DNA from: Octopus bimaculoides
Lineage: Eukaryota
DNA length: 64,000 nucleotides
Assembly (NCBI RefSeq): GCF_001194135.2
Contig: NC_068981.1
Location: forward strand, 60,604,773-60,668,772
Reading direction: 5' to 3'
Position numbers and translations under genes: made by a program. The notes under the pieces were generated by a model. That model ran no database searches. It was not told the DNA's origin and saw only the letters and a list, made by a program, of their open reading frames with translations. Below are positions 38,113 through 50,989 of this stretch, piece by piece (within the stretch, counting starts at the first letter, position 1; each line of letters begins with the position of its first letter).

Positions 38113-39099
38113 TAATCATGAAATAATATATTAAACCAAGAACCAGAACATGATACAATGTGACTTGATACAATATTATTCTATACAAGCGAACTAACGA
38201 TAGGTGTGCGCAGTATATGTATATCAGAGTGAATATATATTTATGCACATAAGTAATCGTGTGAGCAACTATGCGCTTTGTGACATGTGTCGATGTGTAT
38301 ATCGCAACGTAGGCTAGTGTATATATGAAGAATTACAACTTTATGTATGTGTATTCATAAATGATTGGACAGATTAGTTACTATGTGCATAAGCACACAC
38401 ACATTCACGTTCACAGACGCATAGACAAATAGAGATGAAGAAGGATACAATCTGATCTTGGCAATACCACAAATGAAATCATATAATCACATAAGCAGTA
38501 ATAAAAACATAATCATAAGCCGTTTCTGCTCATAACAAAGGAGTAAGATATTAATAAAAAAAATAATAACGACAATTACAATAACAACAACTACAACAAC
38601 AAAAACAATAACAACAATAATAAGAATATTACACACACATACATATATATACATAAATATACATATATACGTACATAGTTTATACATTCACATACATACA
38701 TACATACATACATATGTATGTATGTGTGTATATATGTGTGTGTGTGTATAGATGTACAGATATGCATGCACATAAGCATATATGGATGCACAACACCGTA
38801 AAGGCGCAATAGCATTTTAGTACTAATATATGCATCCATGTATAAAAATATAATGCAGTCATCACTAGTAAAATATGATACGAGATACCAATGAAAATAG
38901 AAATAATAGAATATTTATTGAACTACCTATATAATATGAAGTCAAGCCTTCGTGGAAAAATTATGGCATAAATAAAAGTGTAGTAGTTTGAGCTTTTATT
39001 GTCATTTTAGGCATCCCAATATTCATCTGTGCAAACAGTGTATCCGAGGAAAGTACAAGGTGTCATGTTGCATTGAAACAGCTTCGAGTATCACATACA

Positions 39100-39133
<34 letters not shown>

Positions 39134-39199
39134 CATACACATATATATACATTCATACATGCATACATGTATACATGCCTACGTACACACATACATACT

Positions 39200-39640
39200 C
39201 GTCAGTCGAATATAACCATTACGAACAGGTAAATGTTAGATACGCCCGTGACATAGGGTCATAAGTCGAGTGCAGCTTGCACAGCAAGATAACCACTGGC
39301 AATACAGAGATAAGCAAATTACAAGACACTCGGCACAGGAAAGCGACGGATTCTATACGCCAGTTAGCCTTCTCCGAGAGGAATGTATTAACAAAGGAAG
39401 GAGGTCCCACCTCACTCCGAATTGGGATACTGCACCCTCAACACCAAACCAAGTGTTTTTACCAGCACATATGCTAATTTATGAGCACATATGCTAATTA
39501 ATTCACAGCTGGCGCCCCTACATGTACTCCTCCTTCGGGACAGAGTAGACCTTACAACAATAGTGGCTAAGACGTGGTTTTACGTTCCGTAAAATCATGG
39601 AACTCCTGAATGAGATCCCTGCTACCGGCTACAATTTGAA
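39200..39640 (+). mobile_element. Possible CR1/L2-type LINE 3' remnant
   Basis: Loose motifs RKATDSIRQL and VKSWNS resemble CR1 C-terminal consensus; weak. Confidence 0.25.
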
Positions 39641-39664
39641 ATCAAACCCCGCATATACATTCAT

Positions 39665-40014
39665 ATATATATGCCAAAAGTCAGGGTACAATATGCACCT
39701 GTTTGCTAGCAAGAAAAGTTAAAACTCTCCAAAGCCACGCATCTCTCAATACGTAAACATGCACGGAGGATGTACCAACTATACTAAAAGACTATCTCCC
39801 CATTTGTAGAACAACGAAAAGCGAAATCAATTGTTACTGAGATATCTACTCTCCTCTTTGCCATTTTACAAATGAAGACAACTTTTTTTTTAGTATATTT
39901 GCTATATTCTCCTTGCGTGTTTACGTATAGTGAGAAATGCGTGGCTTTGGAGAGTTTTAATTCCGCTTTCTAGCAAGCAAGTGCGTATTGCACCCTGGCT
40001 TTTAATAATATATG
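39665..40014. repeat. Imperfect ~110-bp inverted repeat with a ~120-bp spacer (MITE-like or inverted pair)
   Basis: Exact 24-bp core ttaaaactctccaaagccacgcat (39719-39742) vs 39937-39960; flanking similarity on both sides; TA-rich ends. Confidence 0.8.
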
Positions 40015-40629
40015 TTTTGCTTGTTTTGGTTATGTCTCCTGGTCATATAATCATTATTTTTTTTGAAAATATTCATAACTTACTTGAATTTTGTATACGC
40101 ACACACACGCACGCCCAAACACTCATATATATATATATANNNNNNNNNNNNNNNNNNNNNNNNNNNNNNNNNNNNNNNNNNNNNNNNNNNNNNNNNNNNN
40201 NNNNNNNNNNNNNNNNNNNNNNNNNNNNNNNNNNNNNNNNNNNNNNNNNNNNNNNNNNNNNNNNNNNNNNNNNNNNNNNNNNNNNNNNNNNNNNNNNNNN
40301 NNNNNNNNNNNNNNNNNNNNNNNNNNNNNNNNNNNNNNNNNNNNNNNNNNNNNNNNNNNNNNNNNNNNNNNNNNNNNNNNNNNNNNNNNNNNNNNNNNNN
40401 NNNNNNNNNNNNNNNNNNNNNNNNNNNNNNNNNNNNNNNNNNNNNNNNNNNNNNNNNNNNNNNNATATATATATATATACGATCGACTATTACAACGTGG
40501 TCTTCTACTAGCTCTGTATGTGTGTCCGGCTTTTCTCGGGGAGGCTCTAGTACCTATATCTATGCGGTCAGATGGAATTAATATCACAGGGATACATGCG
40601 TGGACAGCCTAATTTAGATGCCGAGTACC

Positions 40630-40800
40630 TAGCTAGCTAGCTACCTACCTATCTACCTACCTACCTACCTACCTACCTACCTACCTATCTACCTACCTTC
40701 CTACCTACCTACCTCCCTACCCATTTACCTACCAAACCTACCTATCTGTCTGTCAGTCTGTCTGCCTACCTACCTAACTACCTGCATGTCTAACTACCTG
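40630..40800. repeat. (CCTA)n/(CTGT)n compound microsatellite
   Basis: Directly visible. Confidence 0.9.
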
Positions 40801-40999
40801 CCGGTCTGTGAAATAAAAGCAGCTCTAGTATAATATATATTATTAACTACATACGCTTAATGTTTATTTTCCGGTGGCTGCAATAGCATGGTGGAATATA
40901 TATAGTTTCTTATGTAAATTTTCTTTCAGGTACGCAATTTCTGGGCATATCAGCTCATACGTTTACAATTCATGAGAATAAAAGTTGTTGACTGGCTAG

Positions 41000-41360
41000 G
41001 TGACCTGCTTTCAACCTTGGCGGGTACTTGATGTTGACAAGAGACAAGTATGGCAAAACACCAGGTGTCCATCACTCCCAAATGTAATCGAAGGTGAGTT
41101 ATCTCACATATCCATGACTCTGAAATGTTTTACATCCAGCGCTTTGAGAGTATATATACTCCACTCGAATATATCTCTGTGATATGACTTGCATCGAACC
41201 ACGTAGATACAGGTACTAAAGCCAAAAAAAAAAAAAGCCGCAAACACACGCAAATAATGGAAGACATCATTCTAATAGTCGACTCACTTTTACTACTAAC
41301 ACTATATTCAGAGAACATTAGAGAAGAGGTTTCATTCACTAGGGAAGTGCCTTCATGACA
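41000..41360 (+). mobile_element. Possible RTE-type RT C-terminal remnant
   Basis: Fragments resembling LExFHQRCLRxIL and RMEDxxxPKxxLYSE across frameshifts; weak. Confidence 0.3.
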
Positions 41361-41726
41361 TTTAGCAATGGGGGAGACCAGAATTTAATGGATAAATATA
41401 GTTAACAAAGTCATTAATGTCTTGCACACTATTTATTTCAAACAGGATCAAATTCATTCAACTATGATGTAATAACACCCACTTTCTTTTTAGATTAATA
41501 GTATATAACTTATTACGTCCAACTTGAGTTATATAAAGGATCTTATTATAACATAATAACGGAACATGCATTGTAACGGATTTCTTATTTTATTAAAATT
41601 GATATTTTCGAATGCTTTACTCAAGCGTCCTCAAATAAAACAACCTAACTTAATTACACATAAGCACACAAGCCTTTGATCAATTACACTGCAGTGGATT
41701 GGTGGAATTAAAATATCGGACGTAAA

Positions 41727-42052
41727 CCTGGCCCAGTGGTTAGAGGGTCGGGCTCACAATCATGAGGTAGTGAATGCAATTCCCGGACTGGGCTGTGAGT
41801 GTTCTCCAGTAAGACATTTTTTCTCGTTGCTTCAGTTCACTCAGTTGTAGAAATGAGTAGCAACATCACTGGTGCCAAGCGGTATCGACCTTTGCCTTGC
41901 CCTTGGGTAACCTCGGTGGTGTGGAGAGGGGGTGCAGGTATGCATGGGTGACTGCTGGTCTTCCATAAACAACCTCGCCCAGACTTGTGCTTCGGAGGGG
42001 AACTTTCTAGGTGCAAGCTCGTGGTAATTTATAACCGAAGGGGTTCTTTACC
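41727..42052 (+). mobile_element. tRNA-headed SINE (family C)
   Basis: A box TGGCCCAGTGG, degraded B box gcaattccc, central gttgcttcagttcactcagttgtagaaatgagt module also seen at 10760-10790. Confidence 0.7.
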
Positions 42053-44352
42053 ATTTTGCGCATCACAAATAGAAGTGGATATGTTTCGTACAGTTGGATA
42101 ACTCGAGGGGTTACAATAGGCAGGCAAATATCGCGTTGGTTAGGCAGCGAGAGTTTAAAAAGTAGCTACAAGATAATGCTGAGCAGTTATTCAGTCACCA
42201 AAGTCGAACAATTTTTGGAGGATGTTGCGGTTCAGAGTTGAAACACGTAGCATTTATTCTACACACTTTGATGACATTAGCTCCTCCTGGTGAAAGTAAC
42301 ATTCACTGATAGTGAATGAAAGACTACGAACGATTTTGTTTTAGATGCANNNNNNNNNNNNNNNNNNNNNNNNNNNNNNNNNNNNNNNNNNNNNNNNNNN
42401 NNNNNNNNNNNNNNNNNNNNNNNNNNNNNNNNNNNNNNNNNNNNNNNNNNNNNNNNNNNNNNNNNNNNNNNNNNNNNNNNNNNNNNNNNNNNNNNNNNNN
42501 NNNNNNNNNNNNNNNNNNNNNNNNNNNNNNNNNNNNNNNNNNNNNNNNNNNNNNNNNNNNNNNNNNNNNNNNNNNNNNNNNNNNNNNNNNNNNNNNNNNN
42601 NNNNNNNNNNNNNNNNNNNNNNNNNNNNNNNNNNNNNNNNNNNNNNNNNNNNNNNNNNNNNNNNNNNNNNNNNNNNNNNNNNNNNNNNNNNNNNNNNNNN
42701 NNNNNNNNNNNNNNNNNNNNNNNNNNNNNNNNNNNNNNNNNNNNNNNNNNNNNNNNNNNNNNNNNNNCGGAATAAAAAATTGTGTAATTTATCTAACGTA
42801 TTCTCTCTATATATATATAAATGTGGTTACTCATAAGAATGGATGAGCTCGGAATAAAAAATTGTGTAATTTATCTAACGTATTCTCTCTATATATATAT
42901 AAACAAATAAAATCCCTGATTAATATTTTTTTCTTATCAGCAATACATTAATCCCCATGGAACGGTCGATATAAAATTCTGTAGCGACTACTTCATGCTC
43001 GAATTGTACACTGGCAACACCAACGGTGGTCTTTCACATTCTTTCACTAAAAATAAACTACGCTGAGTGTACTTACCATCTGATTATATATCTACTAATT
43101 GCTTTTTGCTTAACAAATATCACTATGCTCTGTTAACTCCTTACTGAGGTTACAGAAATGTGTAAATTCTTTCAATCCTAAAAAGAATCTTAACACGTCA
43201 AGCAGAAATCTTTTACTGCTCACTATATTTATTGTATATCGCCTTCTAAGATCTAAATCTAAGCATTCAGTCATGAATTCATTTTGTCAAAATTTCTGTA
43301 CGTTCAGAAATTTTTGTACGCATATTTTTACCCTATTTTATTAAGAATCTTCATATTGTACGGCATCTTGTCTTTTATGACAGAGCTAATAGGATTTGAA
43401 ATTTTCTACTGATACCAACTCTTAAAAACATCAGGCCGCCCATGAAAATAGGTATAGTAAGTATGCAAAACTCAATGCTAGAAGTTTCTATAATACAGCA
43501 TAATTGCGTGAGTTAATTATTGTGAGTAGATGGAGCTATAAATGATGGGCTTTTCTCTAAGTACCCTCAAAATGATGAAATCAATGCCACAGCTATGATC
43601 ACATGCAACGCCTCTATGGCTTGGTCACTCAATTTACAAGAAAGTATTGCCAAATACTCATTAAATCATTCCCTACTGCCTTAAGCATAGAATAGGTGTA
43701 TACATTTGAAAATGTCCTTCAAATAATGCAAGCGAAAATAAAGAGGGATGTTCACGGACATGGCCGAACCTATTAGAAAATGTAGTTTCTAATATACAAA
43801 CAAGCGTGAGAGCCAAGGGTAAAACAAAATCATAAGGCTGTTCAATCAAAGTGATCGGTTCTGGAGTGAAACCCTAACACAAATATTTCATACACGGCCA
43901 AATCTGATAAAATTTACGCACAGAAATATATCATATTGATTAAGTATGAAGAAAATTGTATGGTATCATGGTAATTTATTACTATGAGTATTATAGCGTA
44001 AATGGCTGCAGGAGGCGCGATGTGCAAATTTCCGCTTCATGTCGTGTATGCCTGATGATAGTCATATGCAGCTAGACCGACTGTGTGAGTGAGAGTTGAG
44101 TTTAAGAGTTATGAACAATGTGCAGTGACTGTGAGGAGATATGAAGCATTCATATTTCACCTGATCGTCCTCTAACCTAGCTAATCGCTTATAAACGGTT
44201 TCCTCAATTAAACCTATATATATATGGTTCTTAATGTTATTTTACTATTGTCTATTATATATCACATGCACACAAGCTGAAAGGGAAATGCAAAAACAAA
44301 CATAAACATACACATACACACGCACATACATACACACACACACGCGTGCGCG

Positions 44353-44390
<38 letters not shown>

Positions 44391-44441
44391 TACATGCACA
44401 CCGACACATAAATACACACACAGACACACACACGCACATAT

Positions 44442-44498
<57 letters not shown>

Positions 44499-45932
44499 CA
44501 TACGTATATATTTATGCGTGTGTGTATGTATCTATGTATGTGTAAGTGTGTGTATTATATATAACCTATACATGGAAAGTGAGATTCTCATCAAAATTTG
44601 ATGATGCTATTTTCCCTCCAAAATTATCACCGTCATGTTCAATTTTAGACAACGTGCTATTTATAACCAATAATCAATATCTTTAAATCAAAGTTTGTTG
44701 GTGATAGATTGGACTTCAATGCGTTATACTCGCTTATTTTATCGATTTAAAAACAGTAAATCACATATCATATTGAATAGTGGACCACTGCAGACACCAT
44801 ATTCATATAGTGTATATTGAAAGCAAAATCAGTATAGCAGAGCCTATATATAATCAACAGAAAAAAATGAAATACTCTTCAAATGAATATAGTGCTGCTA
44901 TTTACAACAGTGACCTAGCGGACATGTAGTTATTATTTACACCTAGGTAGACTGAATTATAGAGAATTAAGTGGTTTTAGTGATGGAAAATACGGAAAGC
45001 TGATGCTTGTTTTCTGCTCCAATATATACTTGATCACTCACAGCTCTTATATGCCAAATTATAACGTGCATAACAAATTAGTATAAGTGATTTGGAACGA
45101 TATCCAAAGCTAGTAAAAAATTTAATTTGTTAATAATATGCGAAATATCTGTTTTTTTATGGATCTTCCTTGTTTTTCATAGCTGAATGTAAATGAAAAT
45201 AATACCACAGCAAGTTATTATGGACATTGCTATTTTTAAACACTGTATGTGTGGAAGATAACAACCGCCATATGAATTTTTAACGTAGTTTTTCGTTGTT
45301 TTATTCACACTTGCTTTTCTAAACGCAGAATTATTACGCTTAACCAATTGCATTCATCTGTTTTAGAAAAGAATTATGTACACAAATCTTTATGAAATTA
45401 CGAAATTACTATAATATTAAAGATGTTTTGTAAAATATTCTGACATTGTACTAAATTTTAAAAGTCATTTTGTATCAAACAGCTTACACATTTTATCAGA
45501 AAGCGAACCGAAGAGTACAACGCTCGTGTCATTGGCTAAGGCAAAGCAGCTACATCAGCATAAATTGCTATGAAATTGAATTCATAAATTTCAATTTGAA
45601 TTCTTGACAGACTTATAACTATCTTTCTTTGAAATAGCATGCAGCATAAAAATAATCATCTCTGGTAGAGCAATGAGTGCGTTAGATTCGATTTTCTTTT
45701 ATGCGTTTTCGTTGATGCAATCGCTAAGAAGGACATGAACGTCACAAAATTCCGTTCACTTTCAAATGAAAATTTTGAGTTAGCCATTGAAATGTCACTC
45801 CAATAGTCAATGCAATCAACTCTATGTAATAAAAAAAAGGCTTTTTTTTACAAACTGGATGAAATAATTTCATCAAAGTTCCTATCCCGAGCCACAGGCT
45901 TATAAGACCCTTTTCTCGGATTCTGTAGTATG

Positions 45933-46390
45933 TACATGGTGTCTCAAAAATGTATACACATTTTTTGCAGCTGATAACCAAATTGATGTTTTTTTCTTTC
46001 CATATTAAACCCATTGGAATAAATGATGGCAGTCAGACTAAGCTTTGAACAAAGGAAATTCATTCTAAAATGCTACTGCAAGTGTAAAAAACGCAGTTGA
46101 AGTGCAAAAACAGTTTAGGAGAGGGATTCAAAAAGATCCACCAACGTGACTTACAATCACTCGAATTAGAGATAAGTTTGAAGCCGATGGAACTGTTTAT
46201 AATGTTCACGAGAGCGTTCTTGAGGACCACTAACATCAACACCACCCACAAAGCAAGAAGGAGTGCTGGAAACGTATCACCAAAGTTCAAGAAAATCTGT
46301 GCGGCAAGCAAGTCGTGAGGTAGGTGTCTCAAAATCGTCTGTCCAACGCATTTTGAAGCGCTATCAATGCAAAGCTACGTTCCAAGATTA
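45933..46390 (+). mobile_element. Tc1/mariner-superfamily transposon, left TIR and N-terminal HTH region of the transposase
   Basis: TA|CATGGTGTCTCAAAAATGTATACAC terminus; MMAVRLSFEQRKFILKCY..AVEVQKQFRR..PPT*LTITRIRDKFEADGTV..LETYHQSSRKSVRQASREVGVSKSSVQRILKR; truncated by (CA)n and a gap. Confidence 0.88.
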
Positions 46391-46405
46391 CACACATACG
46401 TACAT

Positions 46406-46443
<38 letters not shown>

Positions 46444-46864
46444 NNNNNNNNNNNNNNNNNNNNNNNNNNNNNNNNNNNNNNNNNNNNNNNNNNNNNNNNN
46501 NNNNNNNNNNNNNNNNNNNNNNNNNNNNNNNNNNNNNNNNNNNNNNNNNNNNNNNNNNNNNNNNNNNNNNNNNNNNNNNNNNNNNNNNNNNNNNNNNNNN
46601 NNNNNNNNNNNNNNNNNNNNNNNNNNNNNNNNNNNNNNNNNNNNNNNNNNNNNNNNNNNNNNNNNNNNNNNNNNNNNNNNNNNNNNNNNNNNNNNNNNNN
46701 NNNNNNNNNNNNNNNNNNNNNNNNNNNNNNNNNNNNNNNNNNNNNNNNNNNNNNNNNNNNNNNNNNNNNNNNNNNNNNNNNNNNNNNNNNNNNNNNNNNN
46801 NNNNNNNNNNNNNNNNNNNNNNNNNNNNNNNNNNNNNNNNNNNNNNNNNNNNNNNNNNNNNNNN

Positions 46865-46904
<40 letters not shown>

Positions 46905-47929
46905 GTGGGATTGCGTGCGCGTGTGTATGCTTCTGCGTGAGAGTGTGTATGCATGTGTGTATGTGCGCGCGCGTACGAGAGTTCTTGTGTTTATGTCTGT
47001 GTGCAAAATCCAAAATAGAAACTCTAAAGAAAATAACTTCCATTTTGGATTGAAACACTATTAAAAAATAGAAATATAGTGATTTCTTCAGAATTACAAA
47101 CCATTCATTATTCACAATGTCAGCGACCGAGCTGTTATTGGGAGACAGTCGATCCGCAAAATTGTTAAAAACATTGTTCAAAATATTACGGTCTAGCTAG
47201 TTACGAAATCAAAACAAAAAGTTGCTTTATATCCAAAACATCATTAAATGTAAAAATTAATTGTAAAAAAAAAAAAAAATGACTAGAATAGATTTGCTCA
47301 ATAATGAAATCTATGGCAATGAGCATTTAATATTTGTTAAGGTTTTACACTGATGATATCAGCAAGTGCGTATAGATTCACGTTTATTACAAAAACAAAA
47401 TCAATATAGTTTGAAATGTGATATGATACTCTTCTAAAAATAGTCTGTGAGCATTGCTGGGTTTTTGAATTTTGCGAAGTGGGTCAGGTTTAGGTCGTGT
47501 TATTTGATGTCTTCTTTCTTATTTTCTTTACCCTTGTACTTTTTTTTAGAACAAAACTAAAATAATCGCGAATTTCAGCGTCTGACTAGGAAGCGAATAA
47601 ATCACTGAACCTGACGAAATATACTAAACAGCTCCTCAAAGATACAAACTTTGGGACAAACTTCAGTATTAACATTTCAAGAAACATGAAAAAAATTCGA
47701 CTGGTAATTCAATAAATAGATTACTTGGATTCACACCTCATCACATATAACTCTAAAATAATATTTTTCATTTGATATAGTTGAAGATAAAATGGATTTA
47801 GACACTACCTGAACTAGTGTGGATGTTGAAAATGAATAAGAACGATTTATGGCCAACCCGAAGCCTAACATCAAACAAAAGTTACGAATTCAATCTACTG
47901 AAAACCTTATTGCAAGGTGAAACTGATAG

Positions 47930-48190
47930 CTTTTATTTACTTGTTTGCGTGATTAGATTGTGGCCATGATGGGGCACAACCTTGAAGGATTTTCATCGAG
48001 CGAATTGATCCCTGGTACTTGTTCTCTCGTTCTCTTTTGCCGATCCGCAAGGTTACGAAGACTTAAACACATTAACAGCGGTTGTCAAGCGGTGGTGGGG
48101 AACAAAGACAGACATAAAGACACTCACATAGATACATAGACACATACATACATGTATATATANNNNNNNNNNNNNNNNNNNNNNNNNNNN

Positions 48191-48224
<34 letters not shown>

Positions 48225-48345
48225 GATACAGAAAAGGCTTTTATCGGCTCGAGATAATAGTAGAAAACATTTGCTTAGTTTACCATGCAGCTGCACTGAA
48301 CACGGAACCATGCCGTTGGGAAGCACACTTCTTACCACACAGGCA
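47930..48345 (-). mobile_element. SINE family B, full length with internal (CA)/(TA) microsatellite
   Basis: Minus-strand head gtgtgcctgtgtggtaagaag..ggttccgtgttcagtgc (48345-48230), microsatellite and gap 48110-48222, tail 47930-48100. Confidence 0.8.
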
Positions 48346-49134
48346 CACATGCGTCACAATTACACTCGTCGTAAGATTTACTTATATCTAGTACGAATGA
48401 CACAGCAAAACCTAAGCTTTCCACCTATACACACAAGTGTAAAATCTTGATTGATTTGTTAAATAGGGAGATTTTCAAACATAGTAGTGCAATGTGTTAT
48501 AAATGTTAAGCACAACATCAATCGTCTTTGAAACACTTGGCTATGGTTATGTAAACAAATTACGTTTCTGATCAAAAGAAGTCATAAATCTCATATTCGT
48601 TGAATTTCTATATAGATATTCTCAATGATACAAGTTTACTAATCAATTTATGAGAGCAGAACTACCTATGAATTCACCGCAGTTACCGTGGAAGAATAAC
48701 TTCCCTCGTCTGGTAAACGTGTAAAGACATCATAACTACCTAGTGCCTCCCCCTAACGGATTGGCAGTGATACGTTTCTAGCTCTTTAGCCTTCCTCACA
48801 ACTGAAGAGTGATAACCTTGAGCAGATTTAAAGTAGTGTATATATATATATTTATATAGTAGTGGGGTCCAGGTGAGAGAGTATCAGGGTTTTGAAGAGT
48901 GAGGGACGGGACCACCTCTTAGCTCATATTGTTCTCCGGCCGACTGGTTAACTAGCTTGTGATGCACTGGTGTTGAAGGACGCTCATTAGACTTTCATTC
49001 TTGGGAGGACATAGCTCACATAAATGAACATAAAGTGCAGATGGTTTCTAGTCGTCTCCACCTGTGTTGTACCACTGTTTCTTTTCACCTGTTTCTGTTT
49101 AAAAGTGGTTTCTGTGCTGTGTAACTCTTTACAC

Positions 49135-49525
49135 GGAGGCGCAATGGTCCAGTGGTTAGGGCAGCGGTGTCGCGGTCATAGGATCACGGTTTCGATTCCC
49201 AGACCGGGCGTTGTGAGTGTTTATTGAGCGAAAACACATAAAGCTCCACGAGGCTCCAGCAGGGGATGGTGGCGAACCCTGCTGTACTCTTTCACCACAA
49301 CTTTCTCTCACGCTTACTTCCTGTTTCTGTTGTGCCTGTAATTCAAAGGGTCAGCCTTGTCACACTGTGTCACGCTGAATATCCCCGAGAAGTACGTTAA
49401 GGGTACACGTGTCTGTGGAGTGCTCAGCCACTTGCACGTTAATTTCACGAGCAGACTGTTCCGTTGATCGGATCAACTGGAACCCTCGTCGTCGTAAGCG
49501 ACGGAGTGCCAACAACAACAACAAC
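49135..49525 (+). mobile_element. Well-preserved tRNA-headed SINE with a (CAA)n tail
   Basis: GGAGGCGCAATGGTCCAGTGGTTAGG (A box), GTTTCGATTCCC (B box), ~390-bp body, (CAA)5 tail. Confidence 0.9.
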
Positions 49526-49599
49526 TTTTATAAATTTTTAAAAACAATCTAGGAGCAGGAAGTGCCTGCACTTCGGAACATTTGTAATGAATTACTGTG

Positions 49600-49850
49600 T
49601 GTAGGAAGCGGTCATATATATATATGTGTGTGTGTGCGCGTGTATGTGTGTGTGTGTGTGCTTGTGTTTGTGCCCCCTCCATCACTTGACAACCGATGCT
49701 AGTGTATTTATGTCCCCGTAGCTTAGCGATTTTATAAAAGAGACCGATAGTATAAATTCTGGGGTCGATTTCTTCGACTAACACCCTTTAAGGTTGTGCT
49801 CCAGCACGGCCGCCATCAAATGACAACAAGAAGTAAAAGAGTAAAAGATA
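49600..49850 (+). mobile_element. SINE family B, microsatellite plus 3' half
   Basis: (TA)(TG)n then gccccctccatcacttgacaaccgatgc..ggggtcgatttcttcgacta..gctccagcacggccgccatcaaatgac..agtaaaagagtaaaag. Confidence 0.8.
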
Positions 49851-50101
49851 TACATGTGTGTGAGTGTGTTTACATACATGCATACACACATACATATGTA
49901 AAGAAAGAGATATGATTATGATGATGAGGAAGGGGATGAGAAAGGACATTATGATGAGGATGAGCAACATGGAGATGACAGAAGAGAATAGGTACAGACT
50001 GTTTTTACGGCAGAATAACGCTAATTTCATCTGGAGAGCTGTTTGCTAATGGTATTATACTTTCCATATTTTGCTTTACTTACATCTAACACCAAGTGAT
50101 A

Positions 50102-50173
<72 letters not shown>

Positions 50174-50681
50174 TATCCCTACTTAAATTTCCTTGCGTAT
50201 GTCAATCAAAGGGTGTGAGATCATCCGATAGTTGTTCAGTAATATTTACATAATATTTCAGTGGACATATGGTTTAAGGAAGTTAATGAGGTGTTGTGAT
50301 ATTTTCACTAACTCTTTGATATACACCAAGCATAAAGAATTTTCATTTTGCGAGTGTCTAAAGTACTTATTTGAAGTTCTGCAGAAAGCTGAATAGCTCG
50401 GTCCCATCAAGAAGATTTTCAAATACTTTTACGGTTTGATCGTCAAAGCTAATCAAATGGATAAATAAATTGTTTATCATACTAGATGCGGGATTGCTAA
50501 TTCACATTCCTGCACCGGTTTGGACTTGTGTGATTGAATGGCTAAGAAAATGAGCGATGTTCCATTCTGCTACCAATAATACGATGGTCATAAAGATTGT
50601 TGTGTGATATATTTTTCATCACTCTCAGTACTATCATTACTACTTTCAGTCTATGTATTTGACTATTGTTTTGTTAATGCA

Positions 50682-50985
50682 TGCAGGGGTTCTTAACCGG
50701 GGTCCACACGGACCCTGTGGATCCATATAGGATTTGGAATGGGGGTCTTCATGTGTAATATATTAAATAGGGAGACTACGGCAAATTTTCAAGAGCCATG
50801 AAAAAATTGTGCTTCATACTGGTATAGTTTATGAGCTAGACATTGGTTATACGTCCTCAGTACAGAAACTATTTTGACAATTTTCATACAAGTCCAAATA
50901 ATATTTAATTATAAAAATGCCATAGGATCTTTTTTATAAAAAAAACTATGGAGACTCACCCACATAATATAAGAATCAAAGATGT
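50682..50985 (+). mobile_element. hAT-like MITE left terminus
   Basis: CAGGGGTTCTTAACCGGGGTCC resembles hAT TIR starts; no right TIR found. Confidence 0.45.
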
Positions 50986-50989
50986 TAAA

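Noticed and set aside
42768-42902. 82-bp tandem duplication at a gap edge
   Set aside because: Identical copies next to a gap; cannot be told apart from mis-assembly.
43060-43150. Consensus minus-strand donor CAGATG|GTAAGT (another at about 53970)
   Set aside because: No convincing acceptor or open frame could be paired with either.
49135-49210. tRNA gene candidates (also 59746-59820 and 41727-41800)
   Set aside because: A and B boxes are present but acceptor and anticodon stems do not close, and each continues into a SINE body or tail.
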